Shown here: positions 1 to 11,394 of the stretch, piece by piece | How positions within the stretch are numbered: the stretch's first letter is position 1 | How the letters are laid out: each line of letters begins with the position of its first letter | Program-made: the position numbers and the translations under genes | The notes under the pieces: generated by a model | Told to the model about the DNA's origin: nothing | What the model saw: only the letters and a program-made list of their open reading frames with translations | Databases searched by the model: none | Source: Lophium mytilinum | Taxonomy: Eukaryota | DNA: 64,000 nt | Direction: 5' to 3' | Assembly: GCA_010093605.1 (NCBI GenBank) | Contig: MU004184.1 | Location: 1,374,801 to 1,438,800 of the forward strand

Positions 1-774
1 GCTATCCCAGTACTCATACACAGCCACGCAATCCCGATCCCACATCCTAATCAGCTCCTTAACATACTCCGGCAGATCCTTCCCCAGCTCGCTCTCCAAA
101 AACATGCGCCTGTTATTCGTAAAGAACTTCCGCAGCCACAGCTCGCCGAAGCGGCGGCACCGCGGCCGCACCCACACCATGTCGGCGTCGAAGCGCGGCG
201 AGTTCCAGTACGTCGCGTGGATGCGGGCCTGCGCGATAGCAACCTGGCGCGCGTAGGCGGGCGTGATGGTGTCGCCCATCCAGTGCACCTTGACGTTGCG
301 CGCCTCGAGGTCTTCGAGGATGATGATGAAGCGGCCGCCTGGGTACGCTTTCGCGTAGTAGCATTTCGGGATGAGGCCTTGGGGTTCTAGCTCCACCGAG
401 AGCTCGTTGTACACGTGCGCTTCGAGTTCTGCCATGTGTAGTAGGCTTAGCATCTCGCGGAGGTGTGCGTTCTCGGGCGTGGCTTTGAAGAAGATTCGCA
501 TTGGGAGGTTGGCGGCTTTGCCGGCGTCGTTCCATTCTAGCGTCCAGAAGTGCCGCGAGGTCATGCCTTCGTGGCCGCCGGTGTTATTTGCGGTGACGAG
601 TTTGGCGTCGGGGACTTTTGAGCCGAGCACGGTGGTGAGCCATTCTGGCGTTACTTGGTCAATGGTGTAGACGGCGTCGAGGACGAGGGAGGGGGCGGTA
701 GCGAGGAGGAGGTCAGAGGCTTCAAGGGCGGCGAGGGCGTGCGTGTGCACTGTTGGGGTATCGACGAGAGCCAT
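1..774 (-). CDS. Aminoglycoside phosphotransferase / ecdysteroid-kinase-like protein, truncated by the window edge
   Basis: Hand translation from the ATG at 774 stays open to base 1, so it is missing from the ORF track: MALVDTP...VTPEWLTTVLG...LPMRIFFKA...EAHVY...IPKCYYA...FIIILEDL...AQARIHATYW. These motifs fit the N-lobe of the APH/choline-kinase fold. No intron is visible. Confidence 0.75.
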   Translation of the reverse strand, partial: MALVDTPTVHTHALAALEASDLLLATAPSLVLDAVYTIDQVTPEWLTTVLGSKVPDAKLVTANNTGGHEGMTSRHFWTLEWNDAGKAANLPMRIFFKATPENAHLREMLSLLHMAELEAHVYNELSVELEPQGLIPKCYYAKAYPGGRFIIILEDLEARNVKVHWMGDTITPAYARQVAIAQARIHATYWNSPRFDADMVWVRPRCRRFGELWLRKFFTNNRRMFLESELGKDLPEYVKELIRMWDRDCVAVYEYWDS

Positions 775-1966
775 GATTGGAAAGAAAATAAAGAGAGGAG
801 GTATAGTGTTGTGAGAAGGGATGGTTTGGATATCGAGAAGAACGATCGCGAGATAGAATTAACGAAGTATCTACAAGTACGAAGCTATGAAACTGAACCT
901 TACTTTTCCTTGAAGCCGTGAAGCCGTGAAGCCGTTATTAGGCTCTCTTGGCTGAAGTAGTTCCTTAATTCCGTCGCGTTACCCTCGCGACCCCGCAATC
1001 ATCAAGATTTAATAAGACTAGTTTTAGTCAAAAGAGATCACAGGTATACCTACCCCACATCAACATATGCCGGCATCGTTACAATCTCGGCACGATGACG
1101 CGACGGCATTGACCGGTAGGCCAGTACCTGAGACAATAGTCAGATTCGGAGGTAAGGCGCACAGCTGGTAGGTGCCGAGAGCATCTTCGGAGCAAGTCCT
1201 GGAGTCTGGGTTGCAGGTCATCGATCCGACTGGGTGGGTTTCGCGGCATACCGAAAACCTTAAACGATCCGAAGCCAAGGTGCTGTGTGCTCTTCATATG
1301 CAGTTGAAGCTACCAGCATAGTTGTATGCCGGTCCAGGACTGATAAAGCCGCATGAGGCTGGGTGTCATGACCTAGGAGTGGAAAGTTCCTCACTTCTAA
1401 AGCAGCAACTCACGGGCTTAGGCTAGGATACATTTAAGCATCCTATGGAGAGTAATCGAAGCCGCAGGGACCTGAGGCCAGTAGCAACTCTATCACGTGA
1501 TAGTGGATACTACAGTTCGATCTGAAATGCTAAAAGTCTCTCGGCATTTCTTAGTGAATCATACTCCTTCCGACGACAGCAGGATTATGGCATGCTGGTC
1601 CCTAACAAGCGGAGTAAGTGAGGCTGAGAAATGGTAAACCGCACGTACAAATAGCAAAGCCCAGGGAGTACGATCTAGCTCTTCGTCTTGTTATCTAGTG
1701 ATAACAGTATTATTGGTGGAAAACGGCAACCGCCTACGGAAATGCGGGATACAAATCAGGGGATATAAACACGTCCTCAAGGTGGACACGGCGACTGTTT
1801 TGCCCAAAAAAGAGAACACGAAGTGTCGTTTCCTCTGCTCGTTTCTTGACTTCGTCCACGAACTACCACTTCACCAACCACTCTCCTTTCATGATGCTCC
1901 ACACAGGCCCTTCCAGCCTCAAAATATCAACCTCACATCCCCTCCTGCTCCATCTTGGGTATCTCT

Positions 1967-2164
1967 TTAGGTCTCGCGCAGAGCCTTGCGTGCTTGGAGT
2001 TTCTTCTGGACGAACAGGCCAGTCAGAAGGATCGCGATGGTTCCGACGATGCAGAACACGAGGATGACACCGGGTTCTCGGGCAGCCCAGTTCTTCTTGC
2101 GCTTCATGAGGTGGACGACTTCGGCGTGGCCGCGGGCGACGAGAGACATGTCGAGAGCTGCCAT
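1967..2164 (-). CDS. 65-aa single-pass membrane micro-protein
   Basis: ATG in good context (CAATGG), then a basic patch, NWAAREPGVILVFCIVGTIAILLTGLFV as a transmembrane helix, and a basic tail. Codon usage is C/G-ending. Confidence 0.7.
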   Translation of the reverse strand: MAALDMSLVARGHAEVVHLMKRKKNWAAREPGVILVFCIVGTIAILLTGLFVQKKLQARKALRET

Positions 2165-4519
2165 TGTTGCTGAGGCGGTTTGCTGCAGTTATTGGTTAGT
2201 ACAGCTATTGTGCTTTGTGCAATGCTTGTGTGGTGTTCACTGCTTGGAACAACGGAAGGCGTAGTCAAACGCAGGTTTGCGGGGTTGCAGCCCACGAAAC
2301 CAAGGTCCAATGGACTCGAGTGCCGGGAAAGATGCATACCTTTAGGCTTTGGTATTGACTCGGAGGAATAGAGCAGCGATTATCGTCAAGATGAAGCTGT
2401 GCGAGTAGCCTTTGAGACAACAGAACAATTAGCGAATGAACATACGGCGAGATGGCGCGACAAAGACCAAGGAAGCTCTAATGAGGTGAGCTGACGAGGA
2501 GGGCGCCAATTTGTATAGCTATAGGAGCTTTGCGCGACCCGGGGGTGTATTTGATAGCTCTGTTATTGGGATGCAGCGTGATTGCAGTGAGGCATTTGTT
2601 GTCGGCGATCTGTCTAGGCGCCGGGAAGTGTCGCATGGACGGGAAATTTGAAGGATGCGTTGGAGGCCAGCGTAAAGAAGGCGAGGGAAACATGGACTTA
2701 CAATGGGCGCGAAGCTCTGTCGAAAACGGCCGGCGTGGAGGTGGAGTGGAGAGTGCAGAGGTGATGGAGACGAGAGCTAAGAGGGCTAAGTAGCTGGGAG
2801 GAGCCGGCCCTTAGGCGGAGAAGGCAGAGCTATTCACAGGCGGTAGCTGTTTTAGCTCTAGCGCGCAGGACGATCGAATGGCACGAAATTGCGGGCACTC
2901 CTCCGCAAAACTAAACCACCGAGCTGTCTGTCCGCTGGTGACAAAGACAGCTGAGCGATACGCCCTGCCTTTCCTCTTCGTTGCAGCGTCATTCTCACCC
3001 TTCTATTGCGCTCCAAGACAGCTTCTCGCGGCCTCACAAAGAGGTAGCCCGGCAGCGGTCGCACGGACTCTGCAGGGGGTGGCGTGCCTCAACGCCAGGT
3101 CATGCTTTGAAGCTTATCATCACTGCTGTGAGAGCCGCGGCTGGCCTGGGAAGCTCGAAGCGATCCCAACGGCCTCAATTCGGCTTGCTGAGCTGGAGCA
3201 GACCGCCAGCTTCAAGTCTGCGCTGCTCATTCGATTCTACCAAGCTTCCTTCGGCCGTGGTGCAGCTTCGTGCGACCGTGTTCCTCACTGACATGGTTCG
3301 AATGCACAAGCCTTGCTAATCATCGCCAAGTAAACGGCCTGAGGCGTGTGACCACCGCTGCAGTCTTGCATCATTTCCAAAGCATCTCATCATCACCATC
3401 AACACTCTCCAACAGTCGGAACAACAATGTAGACTCAGGGCCAAGTAGTGAGCACCGACGCGTAAAGGTTCTCGCCGCCTATTCAGTAAGAAGGACGGCC
3501 GACTCGACCACAGGGTCTCCGACCGTCCTTGCATCTCACGCGATTTGGCTTGGTAAGACAGTCTCTATCAGACGGACATCCCAGGGCGTAAGTATTAGTG
3601 CTGCTCGTGTTTGTTGATCCGGAGCGCCCGGGTAGGTACTCGCAGTTGGTTTAGTGCATTCAAGATCAGTCTTCCGTAGAAAGAAAATGAGAGGAGTGGA
3701 ATGGCTGTTGAGTTTACAAGAAGGAATGAGAGCAATGATCCAGATAAAATAATCTTGGGTTAGCAAAGAGCGTGAGGTATAGGAACGAACAACACCGTTC
3801 TATGATTCCTGTCCTTTCATTATTGCCATCCTTCCAGTTCCACCAATCGAATGTTGGCGCTATGTCAAATTTCCTAGTAGTAGGACCTCCTAGGAATATC
3901 ATTGAACGGCCCAATTTGACCGATTTCTGGAAAGACTAGCTGTGTTCGAACCACGAAAGCCCACAAAGGTAGGAGGAGACGGCGTGCCCGATATATGCAT
4001 TCCATGGATGGTGAGTTCTCTTCTGTTGACTGTATCTTCAGCAGCTTCCTTATAGATTCAAGAGCTCTGGATAGCGTGAGACCCTTCTAGGATGCATTGT
4101 CAAGAAAGGCAATTGATTGAGACGCTGAGCTCGTAGATTCCCTGGGGATCTGCTGCTAGGACTTCCAACAACCGGAGGCACAGCCGTGTTGACCGTTAAG
4201 CGGCGTGAAGATTCCAGAGCGTACTATTATGTCTAGAAAATACGAGCACGTAGAGGCAGACTCTAAGCATCAAGAGAATGAGTGTAGCAAATGAAGTTGT
4301 TCGCCATGTGGCCGCCAGATCGCGTGGGTGTTGCCATCCAGCGTAAACACCAGGTAGGCAGGAGCGCGCCGTTTCCGTCACCGCAACAGCTACACCTCGA
4401 CCCCACGACATCTCCACTCTCTCGCCTTCTCTTCCCACCTCTACAGAGACTGCTCGCCACTTCCACGTCTGCTCATCCGCTGAAGCCCCCCCTACAAGCT
4501 GTCGACCGTCTTCACCACC

Positions 4520-7327
4520 ATGGCAGAACCAGTCTGTCCACCCTCTCCACGGGCCTCCTCTCCGCCCTTCCGTCGTCGAAACTCTTCGGCGCCGCCCTCA
4601 TCATCGAGGCGATTCCACCTCAACATCATCAACAACGACAACGAAGTTAACAAGCTTCTGGCCCGTGCGAACTCGGACTTGTCGGCCTACAAGGTCAGAT
4701 CAGCTCTAGCCCTCTACACCGAGGTCTTGGACAAGCTGTCTCCAGGACATCCATGCGCGCTCCTCAATCGCTCGCTCTGCTACCTCACGCTGTACTATCC
4801 GAACCTCGCCGCCATCGACGCCTATCGCGCCATCCTCGCCGCGCATTGGGCGAAGACCGAAGACCAGAAGACTCCACAGACCAAACAAATATTGAACTTC
4901 GGACGATACACCCAATTCGCGAAGACTACATCGAAACATGATTGGGTGACCGAACCAGCATGCTACGTGGGCCTGGGGCTATTCCAGTGGCTAAGTACCG
5001 ACCTTGCCAGCATTGCAGTCGAGCCCCAGTCACGGTTGAAGGTGGAAGGACCAGTTCCGGCCGTGAAAGCTATCAAGATAGGGGCTCTCAACGCCGCCAA
5101 CGACATCATTTTAAAGGGCTTCTATCGGCTAGCATTAGCGTTGTGGAAATGTGGGGGTGGTGCCCTGAAGAGCGCTCTGGATGTGTTGAGCGATGCGCAG
5201 GACCTTGCTTTCTGCGTATCGCAGGATACAGAGCAGTACCGGGATCTGGAGAATGCCATCTTGTTTGAAATCGAGACAGTGCTCAAGGATGAGGAAGAGG
5301 TGAAGCTTTTTCAAATCAAGCGCAACATCCAGACCGATCCTAAGATTCTTCGGGAGTACAAAGAGCTCGGATTCCAGGGACTCGCTAGGACCAGGTTCAC
5401 AAACATCAAGAGAGAGCTATACCCGTGGGATACCTACAGCTTGACCAGCCACAACCAAGAAGCCCTTGCGGCGATAGATGATATGGTCAAGCAACATTTC
5501 GGCGAGTGTTTTGGGGCTGCAACCGCGCCTGCCGATGACGGAAGCCCTCCAAAAGCATTCCTCTATGCCCAAGAGGACATTGCTGTTTCGGAGCCCATGT
5601 TCGAGGAGTTGAGCAGTTTCAACGTGTTGTCAAACGGGTGGGACGGCGGCGGGATTACGTGCGATCTATGCGCTAGCCACCTGAAGATATCTGGAGATCT
5701 CCTGCTTCGAGCGAACAGAATTGCCAGAGATTTGCAAAATACGGAATTCGCTCGTGAAAACTCTGGCAGAGACAGATCCGATCGTAGCCCAGCACCCTCA
5801 GAGGATTCTGAACGAACTCGATCATTTGAAGTATCAACGCCAAAATCTGATCCTTGGGTGTCTATTACAACACAAGATAGTACTGATAAGGGGGAAATCA
5901 TTACCAAGGAAGCTAGAATCAGTCAAGCTATGGTTGACTCCCCACACAATGAAGACGCGGTACATGGCACAATTGAAAGCTCACCGCATCCTCAGCATCC
6001 TCAACCCCCTCCCGATGGATTTCAGCTCTGCACAAAATGCCGCAATATAGCTCTGTGTAGCCCAAAGTGTCGTCAATACGCTTTCAATATCTATCACAAG
6101 AACTGCTGTAAAACCGGTTTGGAACAGTATATTCGATCACGCACCAACGTCTCAGATACTTGGCCGGGCGTCCCTGAGCCAGAACACCAAGTGCTCCTAA
6201 ACCTACTCGTGCTCCGTATCCTCGCACACAGCATGGATTCAGAATCACATCCTCTTTCAAAGCCTTGGATGAGAGGTCTTGATGGTGGTCTTGAAGCTTC
6301 GAGGGACAGCGGACGTGACTGGAAGGAGGAGGATTCTAAAGTCAAAGTCACTTGGAAAGAGCATGTCAATGTCGACCTCGACGACCTCTATCCCGAGCGG
6401 GCGTCGTGGAAGAAGCTCGTTCGCGACGCTGAGAAGACTTCAAAGGACACCCGAAGCTTACTCCCGTGGTCGTTTGACAACAACGTCCGGATACCTCTGC
6501 GCTGCCTGTTCACGATGGGTGGTACGGAGCTTGCCCTAGATACCGCTCGCTTTGACGGTTGGGTGCTTGAGACGATGCGCGCAAAGATCGCGAGTAATAT
6601 GCGGATCACGCTGTATCCTCGGTTCGACAAAGCGTTCGACAACGACGGGACAGCGGTAGCGGAGTGGGCCTTCAAGCAAGACCCAACCCCGAACGCATAT
6701 GCCGATCGCAACATCTACAGTTCCACGGTCAAGATGGATGAAAAGAAGAAAGTGATCTGGATGGCGAGTCTCCATCCCATCGCCTCTCTTGTGCGTGTCG
6801 CAGCGGAGGACGAGACTCCGAATGTCCAGCTGATGGAGCGCGGAGGAATACTTACGTGCGTACCTCCTGCACCTTCCACAGCCCTTAGACCAGAAAACAG
6901 CAAGGGGGAAGGGCGCGTAGATGGTAAGGATGCCGACTACGAATCCGGCGATTCAGACATCTTACTCAGCGATTCTTTAATGGACCTAGACTTCGAATCC
7001 AGTCCTCCACCGGTTATCAAGGCTGGCGAGCCACTGCTAAGAGCTGCGGAAGTGGCGCCGTGGGTTTTGGAGACGGATATCGAGACTGAGGTGTGGGAGC
7101 TGTTCACGAAGAAGGAGGGGAGCAGTGTCTCTAGCTCTGCCGCGACGCAGACCGAGTCGTCGATCTTGTTTGCTGGGGATACGATGCTCGATGCTGATGA
7201 GACAGAATGGGGAGATGACTTTGCGATGGACGATGAAGACTTCGAGGCAATGTTGAAGCTAAGGTCAGAAGAACTGGTGAGTGACGACGATGAGGATGAT
7301 GATTTCATGGACGTCGACGGCTCGTGA
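4520..7327 (+). CDS. TPR-repeat plus MYND-like zinc-finger protein (SMYD-like layout), 935 aa
   Basis: Long intronless ORF with a TPR-like segment (ALLNRSLCYLTLYYPNLAAIDAYRA), Cys motifs CDLC and CTKC-x5-CSPKC...YHKNCC, and an acidic tail. Confidence 0.75.
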   Translation: MAEPVCPPSPRASSPPFRRRNSSAPPSSSRRFHLNIINNDNEVNKLLARANSDLSAYKVRSALALYTEVLDKLSPGHPCALLNRSLCYLTLYYPNLAAIDAYRAILAAHWAKTEDQKTPQTKQILNFGRYTQFAKTTSKHDWVTEPACYVGLGLFQWLSTDLASIAVEPQSRLKVEGPVPAVKAIKIGALNAANDIILKGFYRLALALWKCGGGALKSALDVLSDAQDLAFCVSQDTEQYRDLENAILFEIETVLKDEEEVKLFQIKRNIQTDPKILREYKELGFQGLARTRFTNIKRELYPWDTYSLTSHNQEALAAIDDMVKQHFGECFGAATAPADDGSPPKAFLYAQEDIAVSEPMFEELSSFNVLSNGWDGGGITCDLCASHLKISGDLLLRANRIARDLQNTEFARENSGRDRSDRSPAPSEDSERTRSFEVSTPKSDPWVSITTQDSTDKGEIITKEARISQAMVDSPHNEDAVHGTIESSPHPQHPQPPPDGFQLCTKCRNIALCSPKCRQYAFNIYHKNCCKTGLEQYIRSRTNVSDTWPGVPEPEHQVLLNLLVLRILAHSMDSESHPLSKPWMRGLDGGLEASRDSGRDWKEEDSKVKVTWKEHVNVDLDDLYPERASWKKLVRDAEKTSKDTRSLLPWSFDNNVRIPLRCLFTMGGTELALDTARFDGWVLETMRAKIASNMRITLYPRFDKAFDNDGTAVAEWAFKQDPTPNAYADRNIYSSTVKMDEKKKVIWMASLHPIASLVRVAAEDETPNVQLMERGGILTCVPPAPSTALRPENSKGEGRVDGKDADYESGDSDILLSDSLMDLDFESSPPPVIKAGEPLLRAAEVAPWVLETDIETEVWELFTKKEGSSVSSSAATQTESSILFAGDTMLDADETEWGDDFAMDDEDFEAMLKLRSEELVSDDDEDDDFMDVDGS

Positions 7328-7931
7328 TCATTGAGCGGCTGAATGTTGCTCCAGATTGATGTTTGTTTTGGGAGGGTTTGGCGAAGTCGAGGGGCTGACG
7401 ATTTCCATAATACGGAGAATGTGGCGGAGTAGCGGCATTGAGCTTACGGCTTTGCACTTTGAGCGAGTACTAGGCCATCTTTCTCTGTTTGTTTTCTTGC
7501 TCACTATACCCGTCGACTGGCCTCGGGCTCGTCTAGTGTAGACCAAAATGGTCGACTCAATGGCAGGATTCAAAGTCTGCTCTAATCGCAACAAAATGTT
7601 TTTTAGTGAGATTCTCGCCTTAATACTGTGATCCTCGTCCACTCCTAGACCCATGTTTCCCCAACATCTCGAAACTCACCTTATCTGTTCATCAACTCTA
7701 TTAGCCTCTCCAAGTGTAAGCCCATCGAACCCGATCGCTTAAACAGTATCCTGATAGTCACAAGGGCCGAGCTCGAAACCCGAACACGGCTAATAAATAA
7801 AATAGACTTTGACGCATTTACATACACAAGTGAATACCCATCTCCCAATTCACCGGGAAAACCCCTCGCCGTCAATGCCAATCAACCCGCTCCCAACTAC
7901 GCTTCTCCGCCGACTAATCCGAGCACCAGTC

Positions 7932-8970
7932 CTACGTGAACGCCATGCTCTTCTTAATCTCCGCAATCGCCAGACCTGGGTTCAGTCCCTTCGGACACGT
8001 CCGCGAGCAGTTCATGATGGTGTGGCAACGGTATAGGCTCATGCTGTTGTTGAGCGCGTCCTTGCGCTCGGCGGTGCGTTCGTCGCGGGAGTCGGCGATC
8101 CAGCGATAGGATTGCAGCAGGACGGCGGGGCCGAGGTACTCTTCTTGGTTCCACCAGTATGACGGGCAGGAGGTGCTGCAGCAGGCGCAGAGGATGCATT
8201 CGTAGAGGCCGTCGAGCTTCTTGCGCTCGGCTTTGGATTGGCGGTTCTCGCGGCCCTGCGGATGGTGTTAGCTTTTGAGGGCGAGGGGTAATTATGGGGA
8301 GTTGTTTACGTCGGGTGGTGGGGTGTCACGCTGGAGGTAGGGCTTGATGGATCGGTATTGCTTGTAGAAGTTTGTGAGATCGGGGACGAGATCCTTGACA
8401 ACGTAGGTGTGCGGCAGAGGGTAGATGCGAGATTCCTTGGTAGTGTCGGTGGGAATGCGGCCTAGAAACATAGCATCAGTATGTTATTCTTAAAGTGGCG
8501 ATCAAGGTCCCATACAAAGACATGCGAGCGTATTCACGCCGTCAATGTTCATCGCGCAGCTCCCGCAGATCCCTTCTCGACAACTCCGGCGGAACGTTAG
8601 GGTCGGGTCGGTCTCGTTCTTGATCCTGATGAGGGCATCCAGCATCATGGGGCCTGTCTTGTTCAGATCCAGGGTGTAGCTCTGCATCCGAGGCTTCGAG
8701 GTAGGCTCATCCGGATTCCACCTGTAGACGTGGAAGGTCTTGATCTTGGCATCCTTCTGGGGCGCGGGCTCCTTCACAGTAGAGGTTTTGGTCTCGGAGA
8801 TTGTCGACCTGCTGGGGCTCGCGGGCTCGACGGAGGCAAATGATCGGGTCCAGACAGCGGGCACGGCTGCGGGGCGGGTGTTAGTAGACCGGCGGTTTGA
8901 GGTCAATTGAAGAGGAAGACATACCAGTCCGCCGTGTCGCCAGCCTAGCTAAAGCGCGCGTAGAAGCCAT
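7932..8970 (-). CDS. SDH2: Succinate dehydrogenase iron-sulfur subunit
   Basis: Motifs [13 protein letters not shown] and [14 protein letters not shown]. Introns at 8924-8867, 8515-8462 and 8309-8256 restore a single frame. Confidence 0.98.
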
Positions 8971-9345
8971 TGTGCATGGGCGAGTGGAGAGTGGAGAGTG
9001 CGGGCGTGGTGTTGAGGCGTGCAAACCTTTGGAATGGATGATGGTTCCAAGTCCAGAGGCTCCTCGGCAACCCGATGTGCCGCTGGCGAATCATGTGCAA
9101 CCTTATTCTATCAGGCTAGCCATTTTGAGCCTGCCCGTTCCGCCACCCCGTCCTCTCCATCTTCACAGCGCCCCTCGCTCTTCAAGACTCTATGCTCGGT
9201 ACGAGGGTACCTCTTTCACGTCAGTCTGATATTTTCATCGTTCTCCACTAGTAATCGCCAGATTACAGCCTCCATAGTCGAGAAGAATTTCTTTCCGAGA
9301 TCTCCCGATCTTAGTTTCTCGGGCGCTTCAAACATCTTAAGTAAT

Positions 9346-10311
9346 ATGGTGAATATACTACCTCGTCTCCGCACTAGGAGCATCCATTTCATATTTGACT
9401 GGGACGGCACCATCACGACGAAAGATACCATTGGCTTTATGGGCAAGATTGCTGAGACCAAGTCGACCTCAGAGAGCACGTGGGCCGACCTAGAAGAGTA
9501 CTACCTGGCCACTCATCGCAGCCATGTCGAGAACTATGAGCCTAAGAAAGCTAAAAGAAGAACCGTTGCAGAAGAGCGAGAATGGCTACGCAGCCTGCGG
9601 TCGGTTGAAGAGTCAAGCACCCGCAAAGCCGAGGAAATTAGCCTCTTTAAAGGAGTGACAGCTGCCGACGTTCGAAACATAGCAAATCAAGTTATCAGTG
9701 GGAGCGAAGTTGCGATCAGAGATGGCTGGGTGGAACTGCTCGCAGAGATCGATATCCGCCAGAAGAGTCAAACACCCCCAAATCTGGATATAGTCTCCAT
9801 CGTGAGCGCCAATTGGAGTCAGCTTTTCATCATGGAATGTCTGAAGACCTCAAACTGTCCCATGCATGTGTCAATACCAGAGGAGCCTGGAGAGCTGCGA
9901 GGAGATCAAACCCACACTATTAGAATCTACGGGAACGAGATCCAAGGCCTCCAGTCGAAGGAAGGGTCATCCGGCTTACTGCGCCATCCAAACGGCAGAG
10001 ACTTCAGAACCAGCGATGACAAATCCAAATGGATTCATGAATGTAATGAGGCCAAAGCCAGTGCTGCAGAGCAGCCCTTTGTCATCTATTTTGGAGATAG
10101 CATGGGAGACTTTGATGCTCTGTTAACAGCGGGCCTAGGAGTATGCATCAGAAATGAACCCCCGAGCAGGTCCCAGCAACAGCTACTTGAAACTTTCGAT
10201 AGACTCAACATCCATGTTCCGCACATTTTGGATAGGGATATCAACGCAACGGGGAGCATAGTCTGGGCATTGAATTTCGAAGAAGTGGCGGAGGCTCTTA
10301 AGAAATCATAA
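9346..10311 (+). CDS. HAD-superfamily phosphatase (thiamine-phosphate-phosphatase / Cto1-like)
   Basis: Motif I FDWDGT, motif II VSAN and motif IV YFGDSMGD. First in-frame ATG at 9346. Divergent from SDH2. Confidence 0.85.
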   Translation: MVNILPRLRTRSIHFIFDWDGTITTKDTIGFMGKIAETKSTSESTWADLEEYYLATHRSHVENYEPKKAKRRTVAEEREWLRSLRSVEESSTRKAEEISLFKGVTAADVRNIANQVISGSEVAIRDGWVELLAEIDIRQKSQTPPNLDIVSIVSANWSQLFIMECLKTSNCPMHVSIPEEPGELRGDQTHTIRIYGNEIQGLQSKEGSSGLLRHPNGRDFRTSDDKSKWIHECNEAKASAAEQPFVIYFGDSMGDFDALLTAGLGVCIRNEPPSRSQQQLLETFDRLNIHVPHILDRDINATGSIVWALNFEEVAEALKKS

Positions 10312-11394
10312 CACCGGTCAACTAATTACTTTCTGTAATGTACTCCGGGGACCTCACTGAGTGGTTACTTCAGAAGTGTTTCGAAATCTGATCGAGCTAG
10401 CCATTGACAAAGGTGAACTCTCCTGGGGAATTCCGTCTGAGCAGAATTCCGCAGGGTATCCCGCCTTTCCAGTCCGTTCTCCTGCAGTATAGCGAGAAGC
10501 CTACCCAATTTGGAATGCAGCCTATGGACAGAAAACTGGAGAAATACGCCCTATGTAGCTTGGTAATCCATATTACACGTCGGAGATCGCCACAACTCAA
10601 CTTCAACTAAGCTCCTGTTCCTGGATGCCGATCTCGAAGTGCATGAAATGCCAGAAATATTCTTCTTGCCAACATACCGAATCTTTTTATAACAAGAACC
10701 AAGATCCAGCTAGGTCTGCTTAGATTTGAATAACCCGTTGGCTCGCTGCCTGCTGTGTTCCAGCCTTCGCTTCCCTCGGGGTTTTATTATGCTTCCGTTA
10801 TGGCTATCTTGATTGCCATCGTCCGCTCGCTCATGATCCGCGGCCGACACAGTACCTAGGTGGGGATTAGATTGATTACCTAATTGGTAATGAGGCTAAT
10901 GACGACAACACAAATGCATGGTAGAACAAAGGACTAGTTGATTTTCTGTTGCTTCATACCCTCTCCACCGTCAAACATATCCAGAAACTCTCTACTAACA
11001 CTTGTCGACATCGAATAACATGGGTTAGCCAGCCCGAGGTCTGATCTACATCTAGCGCTAGTCTCCGCACTTCGCAGGCCTCTCACCCCTCTCACTGCGC
11101 ATTCAAATTGGTCATCCGGCACTGTTTGCCGTGCTCATGCCTTTTTAAGACAGGGCGACATCCTCGCCCTGCCTGTATCGACTATCACTTGGACGGCACG
11201 ATATACCATTGTCCGCGGCCTACCCATTGTCCGTGGCCTACCCAAATGTTCTGCTTTGGACCTGCATCCTGACCTCGAAACCACAGCCAATGAACGTTCA
11301 TTTCACTGGACATTTCTAGAGATATAATATTATCGAGCAACATCGCGTCTAATATTCCGGAAACTTGATATCAGCCTTTTGTGCGACCCTGAAA

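Noticed and set aside
3270..3312. tRNA suggested by GGTTCGAAT
   Set aside because: No T-stem pairing or cloverleaf.
9019..9345. N-terminal extension of the HAD phosphatase
   Set aside because: It starts at GTG inside the SDH2 divergent promoter, and HAD motif I follows directly after the ATG at 9346.
11203..11245. Short tandem duplications (CCATTGTCCGYGGCCTAC x2; also GAAGCCGT x3 near 912 and AGGATTCAATG x2 at 44281)
   Set aside because: Ordinary slippage repeats with no further structure.
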